Of a stretch of DNA of 64,000 bases, positions 48,098 through 58,817 are shown in pieces. Every line of letters starts with the position of its first letter. The first letter of the stretch is position 1. The DNA lies in NCBI GenBank assembly GCA_944392805.1, contig CALXXZ010000001.1, positions 1,084-65,083 of the forward strand, given 5' to 3'. The notes beneath the pieces are model-generated. The model was not told where the DNA came from and ran no database searches. It saw nothing but the letters and a program-made list of their open reading frames with translations. This DNA comes from an uncultured Clostridia bacterium. Lineage in GTDB: Bacteria > Bacillota > Clostridia > TANB77 > CAG-508. The position numbers and the translations under genes are program-made.

Positions 48098-49393
48098 TTA
48101 TACTTCTTCGTTTTTACACACCTTTACTTTCAATATTCTTTTGTCTTCATATTCTTCTATTTTAAATGTTAATTCTTTTGTTTCAATTACTGGATTTTCT
48201 TCTTCTGATGGAATTCTTCCTAATTCTTCTTGCAAGTATCCTGATAATGTATCATAATCTCCTTCTGGTATATTTGATTTTAATATTTTATTTACATCAT
48301 ATATTGGCATACTTCCTGAAATTATATATGTTTTGTCATCTATTTTTTCATATTCTTCTTCAATTTCATCATATTCATCAAATATATCTCCAACTATTTC
48401 TTCTAATATATCTTCCATTGTTACTAATCCTGCTGTTCCACCATATTCGTCTACAACTATTGCTATCTGCACTTTGTTTTTTTGCATTTCTTTGAATAAT
48501 TCATTTATTAATTTATTTTGTGATACAAAATATGCTTCTTTCATTATACTTTTTATTTTAAATGTCTTTTTATTAATATTTTTTATTAAGTCTTTTACAT
48601 ATAATATTCCTTTTATTTCATCTATTGTTTCATCATATACTGGTATTCTACTATGTTTACAATCATCTTTTATTATTTCTTCTAATAGTTCTCCTGCACT
48701 TGTATTTATATCTACAGCAAATATGTCTGTTCTATGTGTCATTATTTCTGATGCTGTTATATCATTAAATTCAAATACATTGTTTATATATTCTTTCTCA
48801 TCTTCTTCTATTGTTCCATTTTCTTCGCCTTGGTCTATCATCATTTTTATTTCTTCTTCAGTAACTATTTCTTCTTCATTTTCACTTACTCCAAATAGTT
48901 TTGATATTGCATTTGTTGTAACTGTTAAAAGTTTTACAAATGGTGCTGTTATTATTGATATTCCTCTTATTATTCCTATTGTTCCAAATGCAATTTTTTC
49001 ATAATTTTTCATTGCAAGTCTTTTTGGAACTAATTCTCCAAATATTAGTGTAAAAAATGATAATATTATTGTTATTATTACTATTGATATACTTTGCCAC
49101 ACTCCTACACCTATTGGCATTAGTTTATTTAATTCTGGTGCTAGCATGTCTGCAAATGTGTCTGATGCAAACGCACTTGATAAAAATCCTGCAAGTGTTA
49201 TACCAATTTGTATTGTTGCTAGAAATTTACTTGGCGTTTCTAGCATTTTTTGTATTTGTTTTGCTTTCTTGTTTCCTTCTTTTGCTTGCTTTTCAATTTT
49301 GTTGTCATTTAATGATATAAATGCGATTTCACTTGCTGCAAAAAATGCATTTAATGCTATCAATATTACTAAAACAAGTATTTGCATAATCAT
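48098..49393 (-). CDS. Hemolysin-family (TlyC/CorC) DUF21-CBS-CorC_HlyC membrane protein
   Basis: 431 aa; N-terminal TM DUF21, tandem CBS domains, C-terminal CorC domain. Confidence 0.75.
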   Translation of the reverse strand: MIMQILVLVILIALNAFFAASEIAFISLNDNKIEKQAKEGNKKAKQIQKMLETPSKFLATIQIGITLAGFLSSAFASDTFADMLAPELNKLMPIGVGVWQSISIVIITIILSFFTLIFGELVPKRLAMKNYEKIAFGTIGIIRGISIITAPFVKLLTVTTNAISKLFGVSENEEEIVTEEEIKMMIDQGEENGTIEEDEKEYINNVFEFNDITASEIMTHRTDIFAVDINTSAGELLEEIIKDDCKHSRIPVYDETIDEIKGILYVKDLIKNINKKTFKIKSIMKEAYFVSQNKLINELFKEMQKNKVQIAIVVDEYGGTAGLVTMEDILEEIVGDIFDEYDEIEEEYEKIDDKTYIISGSMPIYDVNKILKSNIPEGDYDTLSGYLQEELGRIPSEEENPVIETKELTFKIEEYEDKRILKVKVCKNEEV

Positions 49394-50334
49394 CCATTTA
49401 CTCCTTTATATTCTTGACGTCTATCTATTGCATAACTACTTCCAATTATAGATTTAGCCATATGTTTTACTTGGGCTCCAACTTCTCCTATTTCTAATAT
49501 GTTTGAAAATCTTCCTTTTTCGGCTATTACTGCTCCTATTGATATTGATGTTAATGAAAATTGTTCTATTATCCCTTTTCTATTTGCTACTTCTATAAAT
49601 CCTTTTTCTAAATCTTCTTCTGTGAAAAATCTTGTTACTTCTTTATCAAACATTGCTATTATTGTTTGACAAATATCATCTACCTCAATATCTGGTACTA
49701 TTGCTATAAAGTCATCTCCACCTATATGTCCTACAAATGAATTTTCACTATATTTATCATGTATACATTTTAATATAGTGTTTGCTGTAAATTCTATTAT
49801 TTCGTCTCCTTTTAGAAATCCGTATACATCATTATAAGCTTTGAAATTATCTAAGTCTAAATATAATACTGAAAATTCTTCTTTATTTGTTATTCTCTTT
49901 TTTAATTCTGCATGTATCTGTACATTTCCTGGTAATCCAGTTAATGCACTTATTCTTCTATTTATTGTTAATAATCTATTTAAGTTTTTTACTGTACAAT
50001 ATAAATAGTCTGTATCTACTGGTTTTTTTATATAATATTCTACTGATTCTCTCAATACTTCTAGTCTATGTTCTCTATCTGTATTTGAAGATACAACTAT
50101 TATTGGTGTTATTTTATTGTCTTCATCAGTTCTTATTCTTCTACATAGTTCTGTTACATCTATTCCAATTGCATCTTCATTTATTATTATTAAAAATGGT
50201 ATATTTTTTAATGCTTTGTCTATCTCGTTTGTTGATACCCCTATGAATTTGAATTCTTTATCATTTTTAAATAGTTCTCTGAATATTGGTAATGATGACG
50301 AATCATCATCTATTATATATACTTCTTGTGCCAT
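49390..50334 (-). CDS. Response regulator receiver-GGDEF diguanylate cyclase
   Basis: N-terminal receiver (IIDDD), C-terminal GGDEF with GGDDF active-site motif; 4-nt overlap with the downstream gene. Confidence 0.75.
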   Translation of the reverse strand: MAQEVYIIDDDSSSLPIFRELFKNDKEFKFIGVSTNEIDKALKNIPFLIIINEDAIGIDVTELCRRIRTDEDNKITPIIVVSSNTDREHRLEVLRESVEYYIKKPVDTDYLYCTVKNLNRLLTINRRISALTGLPGNVQIHAELKKRITNKEEFSVLYLDLDNFKAYNDVYGFLKGDEIIEFTANTILKCIHDKYSENSFVGHIGGDDFIAIVPDIEVDDICQTIIAMFDKEVTRFFTEEDLEKGFIEVANRKGIIEQFSLTSISIGAVIAEKGRFSNILEIGEVGAQVKHMAKSIIGSSYAIDRRQEYKGVNG

Positions 50335-50347
50335 ATTTTCTCTCCTA

Positions 50348-51295
50348 TTAATTTACAAATTTTGCTCCTCTTGTTTTTTCTATTCCACTTCTATTTTTTA
50401 CTACTACTTTTAATCTGTTTTCTCCTGCTACCATTTCAACTTCTCCCTTATATGTTTTGTCATTTACTTCTACTGTTTGTGGAGTTCCATCATTTAATGT
50501 TAATTCTACTGTTGCAATTTGATCTTCATCTGTTGCTTCTATTATAAATCCTACTTTTCCATTACTTAAGTATGCTGCTGAAATTGATATTGTTGGTTCT
50601 GTTGCTCCTACTACTTGTTGTATTTTTGATGCTTTTTTTCCGTTTATATCTACTACTTCTATTGTTAATGTATGTGGTCCCATTGGTGCTGTTATTATTC
50701 CTTCATATTCTTTTGCAGAGACTTGTATTTCTTGGTTTTCTCCATTGTCCCAATTGTATGTTATATAATCTATTTCTGTTTCACTTGTTGATATTATTTT
50801 TATACCATTTGATACTGCTTCTAATTCTATTGTTGGTATATTTGAAACAGTATATTGTTTGCTATATTTTACTTTTTGCCCATTTTCTTCTGTTACTTCT
50901 AGTGTTAATGTATTTGTTCCTCCTAATAATTCAATTGTTTCTGTTAATTGTTTTTGATTGTTTCCATTTATTGTTGTTGCTTCTTCTGCATTCCACCAAT
51001 ATTCTAATTTTGTTATTCCTCTTATATGATTTACTTTAATTTCTAATGTATTATTATCATCATCTCTTACTATGTCTATTGTTGGTTTTGCACTTGCTTC
51101 TACTGTTTCATTAATTTTTTCTTTTGAATATATACTTCCTATTATTATACATATTCCTAGAATTATTATACTTAATGCATATATTATTACTATTGTTTTT
51201 TTACTTAATGGATTTTTTTCTTTTTTTACTTTTGGCATCTTTTGATTTTTATATACTCTATCATTTTCTCCGCCTGTTACTAAAATCTGGTTCAC
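50348..51295 (-). CDS. Membrane-anchored protein with repeated Ig-like beta domains
   Basis: 315 aa; N-terminal TM then repeated ~90-aa segments (TLEIKV.., TLTLEV.., TLTIEV..). Confidence 0.45.
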   Translation of the reverse strand: MNQILVTGGENDRVYKNQKMPKVKKEKNPLSKKTIVIIYALSIIILGICIIIGSIYSKEKINETVEASAKPTIDIVRDDDNNTLEIKVNHIRGITKLEYWWNAEEATTINGNNQKQLTETIELLGGTNTLTLEVTEENGQKVKYSKQYTVSNIPTIELEAVSNGIKIISTSETEIDYITYNWDNGENQEIQVSAKEYEGIITAPMGPHTLTIEVVDINGKKASKIQQVVGATEPTISISAAYLSNGKVGFIIEATDEDQIATVELTLNDGTPQTVEVNDKTYKGEVEMVAGENRLKVVVKNRSGIEKTRGAKFVN

Positions 51296-51361
51296 ATAAT
51301 CACCCCATTGTTTATCATTTCGTTAAAATTATATCATAAGCATTTTTAGTTGTAAACAAAA

Positions 51362-51394
51362 AAGTAGAAAACTTTTTATATAGTTTTCTACTTT
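51362..51394 (-). terminator. Hairpin terminator after giant adhesin gene 1
   Basis: Perfect 12-bp stem AAGTAGAAAACT..AGTTTTCTACTT plus T run. Confidence 0.55.
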
Positions 51395-51400
51395 AATTTT

Positions 51401-54400
51401 TTATAATACAAACCTTTTAATTAATATAATTCCTACCAAAACTGTTACTAATAATCCTAATGTAAGCATGAAATATGTTTTTGTACTACCAGTTGCTACT
51501 GCTAATATTACTTGTGCTTCATCTATATCGTCTTCTCCTTCTTCTTGATTGTCTGGTGTTGAATCTCTATCTGGCACATCATATTCATTATCATCTTCTG
51601 ATATTTCTGCCACATTTGTTTTTAAGTTTAAGTTGTCTTCTCCATTTATCCATGTTAGTACAACTTCTACTATTGCACTTTCTCCTGGTTGTAGTAATGT
51701 TCCTTCTAGTTGTCTTGTAGATATTACATTATTTCCTTCATCTGTCCATTCTGGATTATCTTCTGCAACAAATTTTAATCCTTCTGGTACATAGTCTGTT
51801 ATTTCTGTTGCATATCCTGGAATATCTCCTTCATTTGTTATTTTTATTCCAAATCCGAATTTTACTGTTACTTCATCTAGTTTTTTTCTATGTAATTCTA
51901 CTTTTACTACTGGTTCTGGTACTTCTGTTCCATCATATCCTGTTTCTGTGATTTTTTCTACTCCATCTTCGATTACTATTGCTTTTGTTACATATTTTAA
52001 TAATGCTAAATCAAAATATTCTACTTTTACATTTTCTATGTCTTGGTCATCTTCTCCTTCATTCCACTCATCTGGTTCTGAGTCTTTATCTTTTATAGGG
52101 TTTCCTTCTTCATCTGTGTCATCTGATATTTGTGCATGGTTTGTTATTATATATTCATTTGAATTTGGGTCTTTTACTTTAAATGCTATTTTTATGTCTT
52201 TATAATGTAGTATTGTTCCATCAAATGCTTCTATTAAGTTGTCTTCTCCATTTTCTTTTGATAGATAATTTGTTTTTACTTTTACTGCTTCTTCTACATT
52301 TTCTGTTTCTTGGTCATTTTCGTCATACATTTTCCACATATATTCAACATTTGTTGAATCTTCTGGTAAATATTCTAGGAATTCTGGTATATCATCTGTT
52401 ATTTCACTTGCATATCCTGATATTTCTCCTTCATTATATATTCTTAATGTATATATAACTACATCATCAACATGTACTAATAATGGTTCTTTTGTATGTT
52501 CATATCTTATTTGCCCATTTTCATATTTTGCTTGTGGCTCTCTATCTGTAACAGGTCTATCTTTTACTTGTGTTATGAATTTTCTTAATGCTAAATCAAA
52601 TTCTTTTACATATACTTTTTCGAAGTCATCATCATCTTCGTTTCCTGGTACATATGGATTGTTTTCTTCATCTTGTTTATATCCTGGCAAATCTTTATCT
52701 TCTGGTATGTCTTCTTCTACATTGTTAGAACTTGAGTCTACATCTTCTGGCACTATTGTTTCACCATATTTATATTCTGATATTTCTGCTATATTTGTAA
52801 TTCTTTCATCAGGTATAGCATTTTCTGATATTTTACATTCTATCTGAATATCCTCATAATCTAATGTTGTTCCATTAAATGCATCTATTTCTTTATCTGT
52901 TAAATATTTAGTTGTAGCAAGTCTACCATCTTCTGATATCTGCCATTGATATCTGGTATTTATTTCACTATCAGCAACAAATTCCAAATATGGTGGTAAA
53001 TAATCTTTTACCTCGCTTGCATAACCATCAATTTCTCCTTCATTATATACTCTAATTGTGTATATTACTGTGTCTCCAACTTTTAATGCTACTGGTTTTT
53101 TAGAATGATTATATATTGCTGTTGTATCTGTTTTATTTACTAATGGACTTACATCTACTACTGGCTCTCTGTTTTGTGCCGTTTCATTTACTTGTGCTAT
53201 AAATTTTCTTAAACTTAAGTCAAATGTTTTTACATATAATTTTTCAAAGTCATCATCATCTTGTTCTCCTTTATAATAGTAATCACTATCTGTTAAATCA
53301 TCTTTATTATCTGTATGTCCTTTATAATCTTCCATGTTATCTTTATTTACATCTGGTGCATTTTCTGGTTCTGAATCTCTATCTACTGCTACAACATTAT
53401 CTTCTGTATCATATGCCCCGCTTATCCATGCTACATTTGTTAATATATTTTTGTCTCCTGCTTGTGGTTTATGTATTACTTTACATTGTAATTCTATTGT
53501 TTCATAATCTAGTTTTCCAGTTTCATATGCTTGTAAATCTTTTGGTGTTCCTGCTATATCAAATGTTATTTTGTTTGTTGTTGTGTCATATGTTACATTA
53601 TATGTATTTTTATCTGCTCCTGTAGAGTCTTTTGATGTTACTGTACTACTTGGTATATATATTAATCCAGTTGGCAATTGGTCTATTATTTGATTTGCAT
53701 ATCCTGTTTTTTCTCCTTCATTATATATTGTTATTGAATATGTTACTATATCATTTTCTTGAACATATACAGGATCTTTTTTATGATTGTATGTTGCTGT
53801 TGTTTCTGTTTGTAATGTATCTTCTGATATATTTGGTACTCTTTGTGGTAATTTTAAATTTGATAATTCTACTCCATTTATTTCTGTTATATATTTTCTT
53901 AATGCTAAATCAAATATTTTTACTTCTTCTGGTGCATGTGTATTTGTTGCTTTAAATCCAACTGTTGCTGTTCCTGATATTTCTACTTCATATCCTTCTG
54001 GTACATCATTTTCTATTACTTCATATACAATGTCTACTCCATCTTGTTTTTTTGGTAAATCTGTAAATGTATGTGTCCAGTTATTGCCTTCATCTAATGT
54101 TACAGTTTCTTTTACTTCTTTATTTGCAAGTAAACTTACACTTACTGATTCTGGTCTGATTCCATCTTGGTTATTTGCATCATCCCATACTTTTGTTACT
54201 GAAACTGATGTTAAGTCTGTTTCATGTGTATTTACTACTGTAAATCCATCTGTTGCATTTCCTTCAATACTTACTACATATCCTTCTGGAACATTTTTTT
54301 CTTGTACAATATATGTAATAGGATTTCCTCCTGATTTTAATGGTAAGTTTTCAAATGTATATTTCCATCCATTGCCTTCATTTAGTGTTACTGTTTCTTT

Positions 54401-57400
54401 TTCAACTCCGTTTGCAAGTAATGTTACATCTACTGAATCTGGTCTTAATCCATCTTGATTGTTATTATCTGACCAAACCTTAGTTACTGATATTTGTGTA
54501 ATTTCTGGTGTATGTTTATTTGTTATTATATATCCTGTTTCTGCATCTCCTGTTATTTCATTTGTATAACCTTCTGGTATGGTTTCTTCTACTGTATATT
54601 CTATTGGTTGTCCATTTGCTTTTACTGGTAAGTTTTCAAATGTATACTCCCATCCGTTTTCAGCATTTAATTCTACTGGATTTTTTGTTATTATAACTCC
54701 ATTTGCTTTTAATTCTACAAATATAGAGGTTGGTCTTATTCCATCTTGATTTTCTGCATCATCCCATACTTTACTTACATGTACTTGTGTTTCTTCTGGT
54801 GTATATGTGTTTGTTATTATATATCCTGTTTCTGCATCTCCTGTTATTTCTACTGTATATCCTGTTGGAACTTGAACTTCTTCTACTTCATAATTTATTA
54901 GATTACCATTTTTATATTTTGGTAAGTCTGTGAATTTTCCTGTCCAACCATTTTGTTCATTTAATGTTACTGTTTCTTTTTCTGCTCCATTTGCTAATAA
55001 TGTTACACTTACTGATGTTGGCCTTTTTCCATCTTGATTATTTGTATCTTCCCACACTTTTGTTACTGTTACACTTGTTTGTGGTTGTAAAATTAGCTTT
55101 TCGAAATCATCATCATCTTGTTCACCTTTGTAATAGTATTCATCATCTGTTAAATCATCTTTATTATCAGTATGTCCTTTATAATCTTCCATATTGTCTT
55201 TGTCTACATCTGGTGCATTTTCTGGCTCAGAGTCTCTATCTATTGCTACTTTATCTTCTTCTGTATCATATGCCCCGCTTATCCATGCTACATTTGTTAA
55301 TATTTTATCTGTCGTTTCACTTGGTACTTCTGTTACTACACATTGTATTTCTATTGTTTCATAATCTAAGTTTCCAACTTCATATGCTTGTAAATCTTTT
55401 GGTGTACCTTGTATATCAAATGTTATTTTGTTTGTTGATGGTTCATATGTTACTTTATATGTATTTTTGTCTGCTCCTGCTGAGTCTTTTGATGTTACTG
55501 TACTTCCTGGATTATATATTAGTCCTGTTGGTAGTTGGTCTATTATTTGACTTGCGTATCCTGATTTTTCTCCTTCATTATATATAGTTATTTTATATGT
55601 TACTATATCATCTGTTTCTACTGATACTGGGTCTTTTCTATGTTTATATGTTGCTGTTGTTCCTGTTTGTAATGCGTTTTCTTCTATTTGTGGTATTCTA
55701 TTGTTTATATCAGTTTGGTTTACTTTTGTTATATATTTTCTTAAACTCAAGTCAAATATTTTATGTGTATTTGTTATTGTATAATCATTTTTTTCATTTT
55801 CTGTTATTTGTGCTTCATATCCTTCTGGTACTACTTCTTCTATTGTATATACTATTTCTACACCTTCATCTCTATATTTTGGTAAATCTTTAAATGAGCC
55901 TGACCAATTATTATTTTGGTTTAATGTTAATGTTTTTCCTTCAACTTTATTTCCATCTGCTAATAAATTTACTGTTACCTGTTGTGGACGTATTTTATCT
56001 AAATTATCATGGTCATTCCATATTTTATTTACTTTTACTTCAGTAGTTTCTGGTGTATATGTATTTTGAATTGTAAAATTATTTTTTGAGTTTGTTACTA
56101 CATTTTCTGTATATCCTGTTGGAACTGTTTCTTCTTTAACAGTATATACAATTTCTTTTCCTGCTTTATATTTTGGTAAATTTGTAAATGTATATGACCA
56201 ATCTGTACTAGATGTTATTGTTATTGTTTGTCCATCAACTTTTTCTCCATCTGCATATAAACTAATTTGTATTGATGTTGGTCTTTTTCCATCTTGATTA
56301 TTTGAATCTATCCATTCTTTGTTTACTTCTACTTGTACAACTTCTGGTGTGTGTGAATTTGTAATTATATATCCTGTATCAGCTGTTCCTGATGACTCTG
56401 ATGTATAATTTGGTACTTGTTTTTCTGTTACAGTATATTCTATTTTTGTTCCATTTTGATATTTTGGTAAATTTTCAAATGTGTGGCTCCATCCATTTGA
56501 TTCATTTAATGTTGCTGTATCTACTAGATTTTCTCCATTTTTTAGTTCTACTTGTATTGATGTTGGTCGTATTCCATCTTGATTATTTGTATCATTCCAT
56601 TTTTTATTTACTGTTACATCTGTTATTTCTGGTGTATGACTATTTATAATTGTAAATGTTCCTGTTGGATTTTCTACTATTTGTTTTTGATATCCTGTTG
56701 GTACTTGTGCTTCTTCTACTGTATATTTTATATCTGCACCATTTTCATCCTTTTTCATTAGTCCTGTAAATGTGTATGTCCATTTATTTGCTTCATTTAA
56801 TGTTGCTCTTTCTACTTCTGTACTTCCATTTTTTAATATTACTTCTATTGATGATGGTCTCATTCCATCTTGATTGTTGCTATCTTGCCATTGTTTTATT
56901 ACTGTTATCTCTGTTTCTTCTAATTTAGCAGTTAATCCTACTGTTTCTTCATGTGGGTTTAACTCTAAATCTGCAACTGGCTGTTCTGCTTCTAATGTTA
57001 TTGTTGTTCCATTATCTGTTCCTTTTAACCATAATGTTTTTGTTGTTGTGTTATATGAAGTTTTTAATTCTATATTTACTTCATTTCCTAAATTACTTGG
57101 TATTGATATATATATATCTTGTCCAACTAATTTTTCTATGTTTTGTTCTTTTAATACTGTTCCTGAACTATTTGTAAATTTATATTTTGATGAATTTATT
57201 TCAGTTCCATCTCCACTTGTTACTTTTAATTCTATACTGTATTGTAATTCATTGTTTTTATCTATTCTTATTGGTCCTACTATATTATTATTACCTTTTC
57301 TTATAATCTGTAATTGATATTTTCCACTTTCATCTGTTGATAATCCTGTTGTATTTACATTTATTGGCTTACCGATTTTATAATTATTTTCTTGTGTATA

Positions 57401-58228
57401 GTATTTTGCATTGTTTATAGCTGAATCTATTAAATAATTATACAATATTCTAGCTTGTTCTTCTCTATCCTCTCCACCGTTTGCTATTTCTGATAATTGT
57501 GTATATCTTATACCATCTGTAGTCACAGTTAACCAATCATATAATGATTTTTTGTCAAATTCATTATCTCCATCTAATTTTGCATTCATGAAATACCATA
57601 TTACTGCTTGTTGTACTGCTTTTATATCACTGTCAGTTAGTACTGTATTATATTCATAAATTGTTACTTGGTCAGAATAATCATATCCATCTACTGGCTC
57701 ATAATAATATACATCATATTCATCATCATATTCTATTCCTATTTTTTCTAATAATTTGTCTTTATCTGAACTTCCAGGAATATAACTATTATCTAATACC
57801 CACAATAGTTCTCTGTAATAACCATTTGGATCTAAAATTTTTGCTACTATATCATCTGGTGTTCCTTGTGATGGGTTTCCAAGTAATTGTATTAATTTAT
57901 CTCTATCTTCTTGTAAATCAAATGATAAATTATATCCTACAATATTATCTACATTTATTTCCCATGATTCACCATATTCGCCTTTTAAACAATATAATTG
58001 TCTCTGCGCAACGCTTTCATCTCCTCTATTTCCTGAATCATAGTTTCTCAAATTCCATAATGTTTTACCACCATTATCTGGCCTTCCTATTGAATACCCC
58101 ATTCCGTCTTTGTGTGTAGCATTAATTCCTATGTATAATACTTCGTTTCCCGCAAAACTTACTAGATTGAATATTAGGTATACTACTAATAGTAATATTA
58201 CTCCTATAATAAGCACTTTTTTCTTCAT
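51401..58228 (-). CDS. Giant surface adhesin (2275 aa): thioester-domain-like N-terminus, multiple DUF11-type and CnaB-type repeat domains, C-terminal TM anchor
   Basis: Signal peptide; N-domain with LYCLKGEYG (Cys) and VQQAVIWYF (Gln) resembling TED motifs; about 10 CnaB repeats (KVWDDANNQDGIRP...); DUF11-like repeats (FDLALRKYITEINGV...TTATYNHKKDP); C-terminal VILAVATGSTKTYF + hydrophobic helix + KRFVL. Confidence 0.75.
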   Translation of the reverse strand: MKKKVLIIGVILLLVVYLIFNLVSFAGNEVLYIGINATHKDGMGYSIGRPDNGGKTLWNLRNYDSGNRGDESVAQRQLYCLKGEYGESWEINVDNIVGYNLSFDLQEDRDKLIQLLGNPSQGTPDDIVAKILDPNGYYRELLWVLDNSYIPGSSDKDKLLEKIGIEYDDEYDVYYYEPVDGYDYSDQVTIYEYNTVLTDSDIKAVQQAVIWYFMNAKLDGDNEFDKKSLYDWLTVTTDGIRYTQLSEIANGGEDREEQARILYNYLIDSAINNAKYYTQENNYKIGKPINVNTTGLSTDESGKYQLQIIRKGNNNIVGPIRIDKNNELQYSIELKVTSGDGTEINSSKYKFTNSSGTVLKEQNIEKLVGQDIYISIPSNLGNEVNIELKTSYNTTTKTLWLKGTDNGTTITLEAEQPVADLELNPHEETVGLTAKLEETEITVIKQWQDSNNQDGMRPSSIEVILKNGSTEVERATLNEANKWTYTFTGLMKKDENGADIKYTVEEAQVPTGYQKQIVENPTGTFTIINSHTPEITDVTVNKKWNDTNNQDGIRPTSIQVELKNGENLVDTATLNESNGWSHTFENLPKYQNGTKIEYTVTEKQVPNYTSESSGTADTGYIITNSHTPEVVQVEVNKEWIDSNNQDGKRPTSIQISLYADGEKVDGQTITITSSTDWSYTFTNLPKYKAGKEIVYTVKEETVPTGYTENVVTNSKNNFTIQNTYTPETTEVKVNKIWNDHDNLDKIRPQQVTVNLLADGNKVEGKTLTLNQNNNWSGSFKDLPKYRDEGVEIVYTIEEVVPEGYEAQITENEKNDYTITNTHKIFDLSLRKYITKVNQTDINNRIPQIEENALQTGTTATYKHRKDPVSVETDDIVTYKITIYNEGEKSGYASQIIDQLPTGLIYNPGSTVTSKDSAGADKNTYKVTYEPSTNKITFDIQGTPKDLQAYEVGNLDYETIEIQCVVTEVPSETTDKILTNVAWISGAYDTEEDKVAIDRDSEPENAPDVDKDNMEDYKGHTDNKDDLTDDEYYYKGEQDDDDFEKLILQPQTSVTVTKVWEDTNNQDGKRPTSVSVTLLANGAEKETVTLNEQNGWTGKFTDLPKYKNGNLINYEVEEVQVPTGYTVEITGDAETGYIITNTYTPEETQVHVSKVWDDAENQDGIRPTSIFVELKANGVIITKNPVELNAENGWEYTFENLPVKANGQPIEYTVEETIPEGYTNEITGDAETGYIITNKHTPEITQISVTKVWSDNNNQDGLRPDSVDVTLLANGVEKETVTLNEGNGWKYTFENLPLKSGGNPITYIVQEKNVPEGYVVSIEGNATDGFTVVNTHETDLTSVSVTKVWDDANNQDGIRPESVSVSLLANKEVKETVTLDEGNNWTHTFTDLPKKQDGVDIVYEVIENDVPEGYEVEISGTATVGFKATNTHAPEEVKIFDLALRKYITEINGVELSNLKLPQRVPNISEDTLQTETTATYNHKKDPVYVQENDIVTYSITIYNEGEKTGYANQIIDQLPTGLIYIPSSTVTSKDSTGADKNTYNVTYDTTTNKITFDIAGTPKDLQAYETGKLDYETIELQCKVIHKPQAGDKNILTNVAWISGAYDTEDNVVAVDRDSEPENAPDVNKDNMEDYKGHTDNKDDLTDSDYYYKGEQDDDDFEKLYVKTFDLSLRKFIAQVNETAQNREPVVDVSPLVNKTDTTAIYNHSKKPVALKVGDTVIYTIRVYNEGEIDGYASEVKDYLPPYLEFVADSEINTRYQWQISEDGRLATTKYLTDKEIDAFNGTTLDYEDIQIECKISENAIPDERITNIAEISEYKYGETIVPEDVDSSSNNVEEDIPEDKDLPGYKQDEENNPYVPGNEDDDDFEKVYVKEFDLALRKFITQVKDRPVTDREPQAKYENGQIRYEHTKEPLLVHVDDVVIYTLRIYNEGEISGYASEITDDIPEFLEYLPEDSTNVEYMWKMYDENDQETENVEEAVKVKTNYLSKENGEDNLIEAFDGTILHYKDIKIAFKVKDPNSNEYIITNHAQISDDTDEEGNPIKDKDSEPDEWNEGEDDQDIENVKVEYFDLALLKYVTKAIVIEDGVEKITETGYDGTEVPEPVVKVELHRKKLDEVTVKFGFGIKITNEGDIPGYATEITDYVPEGLKFVAEDNPEWTDEGNNVISTRQLEGTLLQPGESAIVEVVLTWINGEDNLNLKTNVAEISEDDNEYDVPDRDSTPDNQEEGEDDIDEAQVILAVATGSTKTYFMLTLGLLVTVLVGIILIKRFVL

Positions 58229-58264
58229 TTGACACCCTTCCTTTGTATCTAATTTTCCAACTTA

Positions 58265-58293
58265 ATTATATAATTATCGACAAAAAAAATCAA
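58265..58293 (-). promoter_or_regulatory. sigmaA promoter of giant adhesin gene 1
   Basis: TTGATT (rc of 58288-93), 17 nt, TATAAT (rc of 58265-70), then AAGGAAGGGTG RBS. Confidence 0.5.
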
Positions 58294-58329
58294 TGTTTAT
58301 TTTTACTAATTTTTAATATTTAAAAAAAT

Positions 58330-58772
58330 GTTACAATTCACATCCTGTATTTGAGTAGGGTGGGGGTGCTATGCCTTATTTTATGAACTTTTCGGCTCAA
58401 TACGATATTTAAGAATTTGTAATATAGTTTATTGCGTCTCTTTCACTCAGGCTCAACTCCTTGTATATTCATTACGAATAAATGACGAATGTGATTGGAG
58501 AATTATTAGAAACTCTTAAATAATTTTATGGAAAATGTTCACGTTGAGCGTAGCGAGGACTAAGTGAAAGGGTGCCATAAAATTATTTTAGAGTTTCTTA
58601 TAATTTGTATTGAGCCGAGGAATTTATAAGAAATGAATATACAAGGAGTTGCCCGTGAACATCCCTCAATAAATTATTTAACAAATTCTAAAACATCTCC
58701 AATCACATTCAAAGTTCATAAAATAAGGCATAGCACCCCCACCCTACTCAAATACAGGATGTGAATTGTAAC
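58330..58772. repeat. ~443-bp structured element with perfect 61-bp terminal inverted repeats (MITE-like), GC-richer than its surroundings
   Basis: Left arm GTTACAATTCACATCCTGTATTTGAGTAGGGTGGGGGTGCTATGCCTTATTTTATGAACTT (58330-58390) equals the rc of the right arm (58712-58772); the interior has nested, rearranged inverted copies. Confidence 0.65.
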
Positions 58773-58780
58773 AAAAAAGA

Positions 58781-58806
58781 TAAGAAACCTTTTCTAGTTT
58801 CTTACC
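58781..58806 (-). terminator. Hairpin terminator after giant adhesin gene 2
   Basis: TAAGAAAC..GTTTCTTA stem then T6 on the minus strand, immediately before the IR element. Confidence 0.5.
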
Positions 58807-58817
58807 TTTTCATATTA

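Noticed and set aside
58330-58772. Inverted-repeat element as an invertible promoter (phase-variation switch) for the adhesin gene
   Set aside because: A complete TTGATT-17-TATAAT promoter lies outside the element, between its left arm and the gene start. A terminator lies on its other side. The 61-bp arms are also much longer than typical inverton repeats, and no recombinase is adjacent. A MITE-like insertion fits better, though inversion cannot be excluded from sequence alone.
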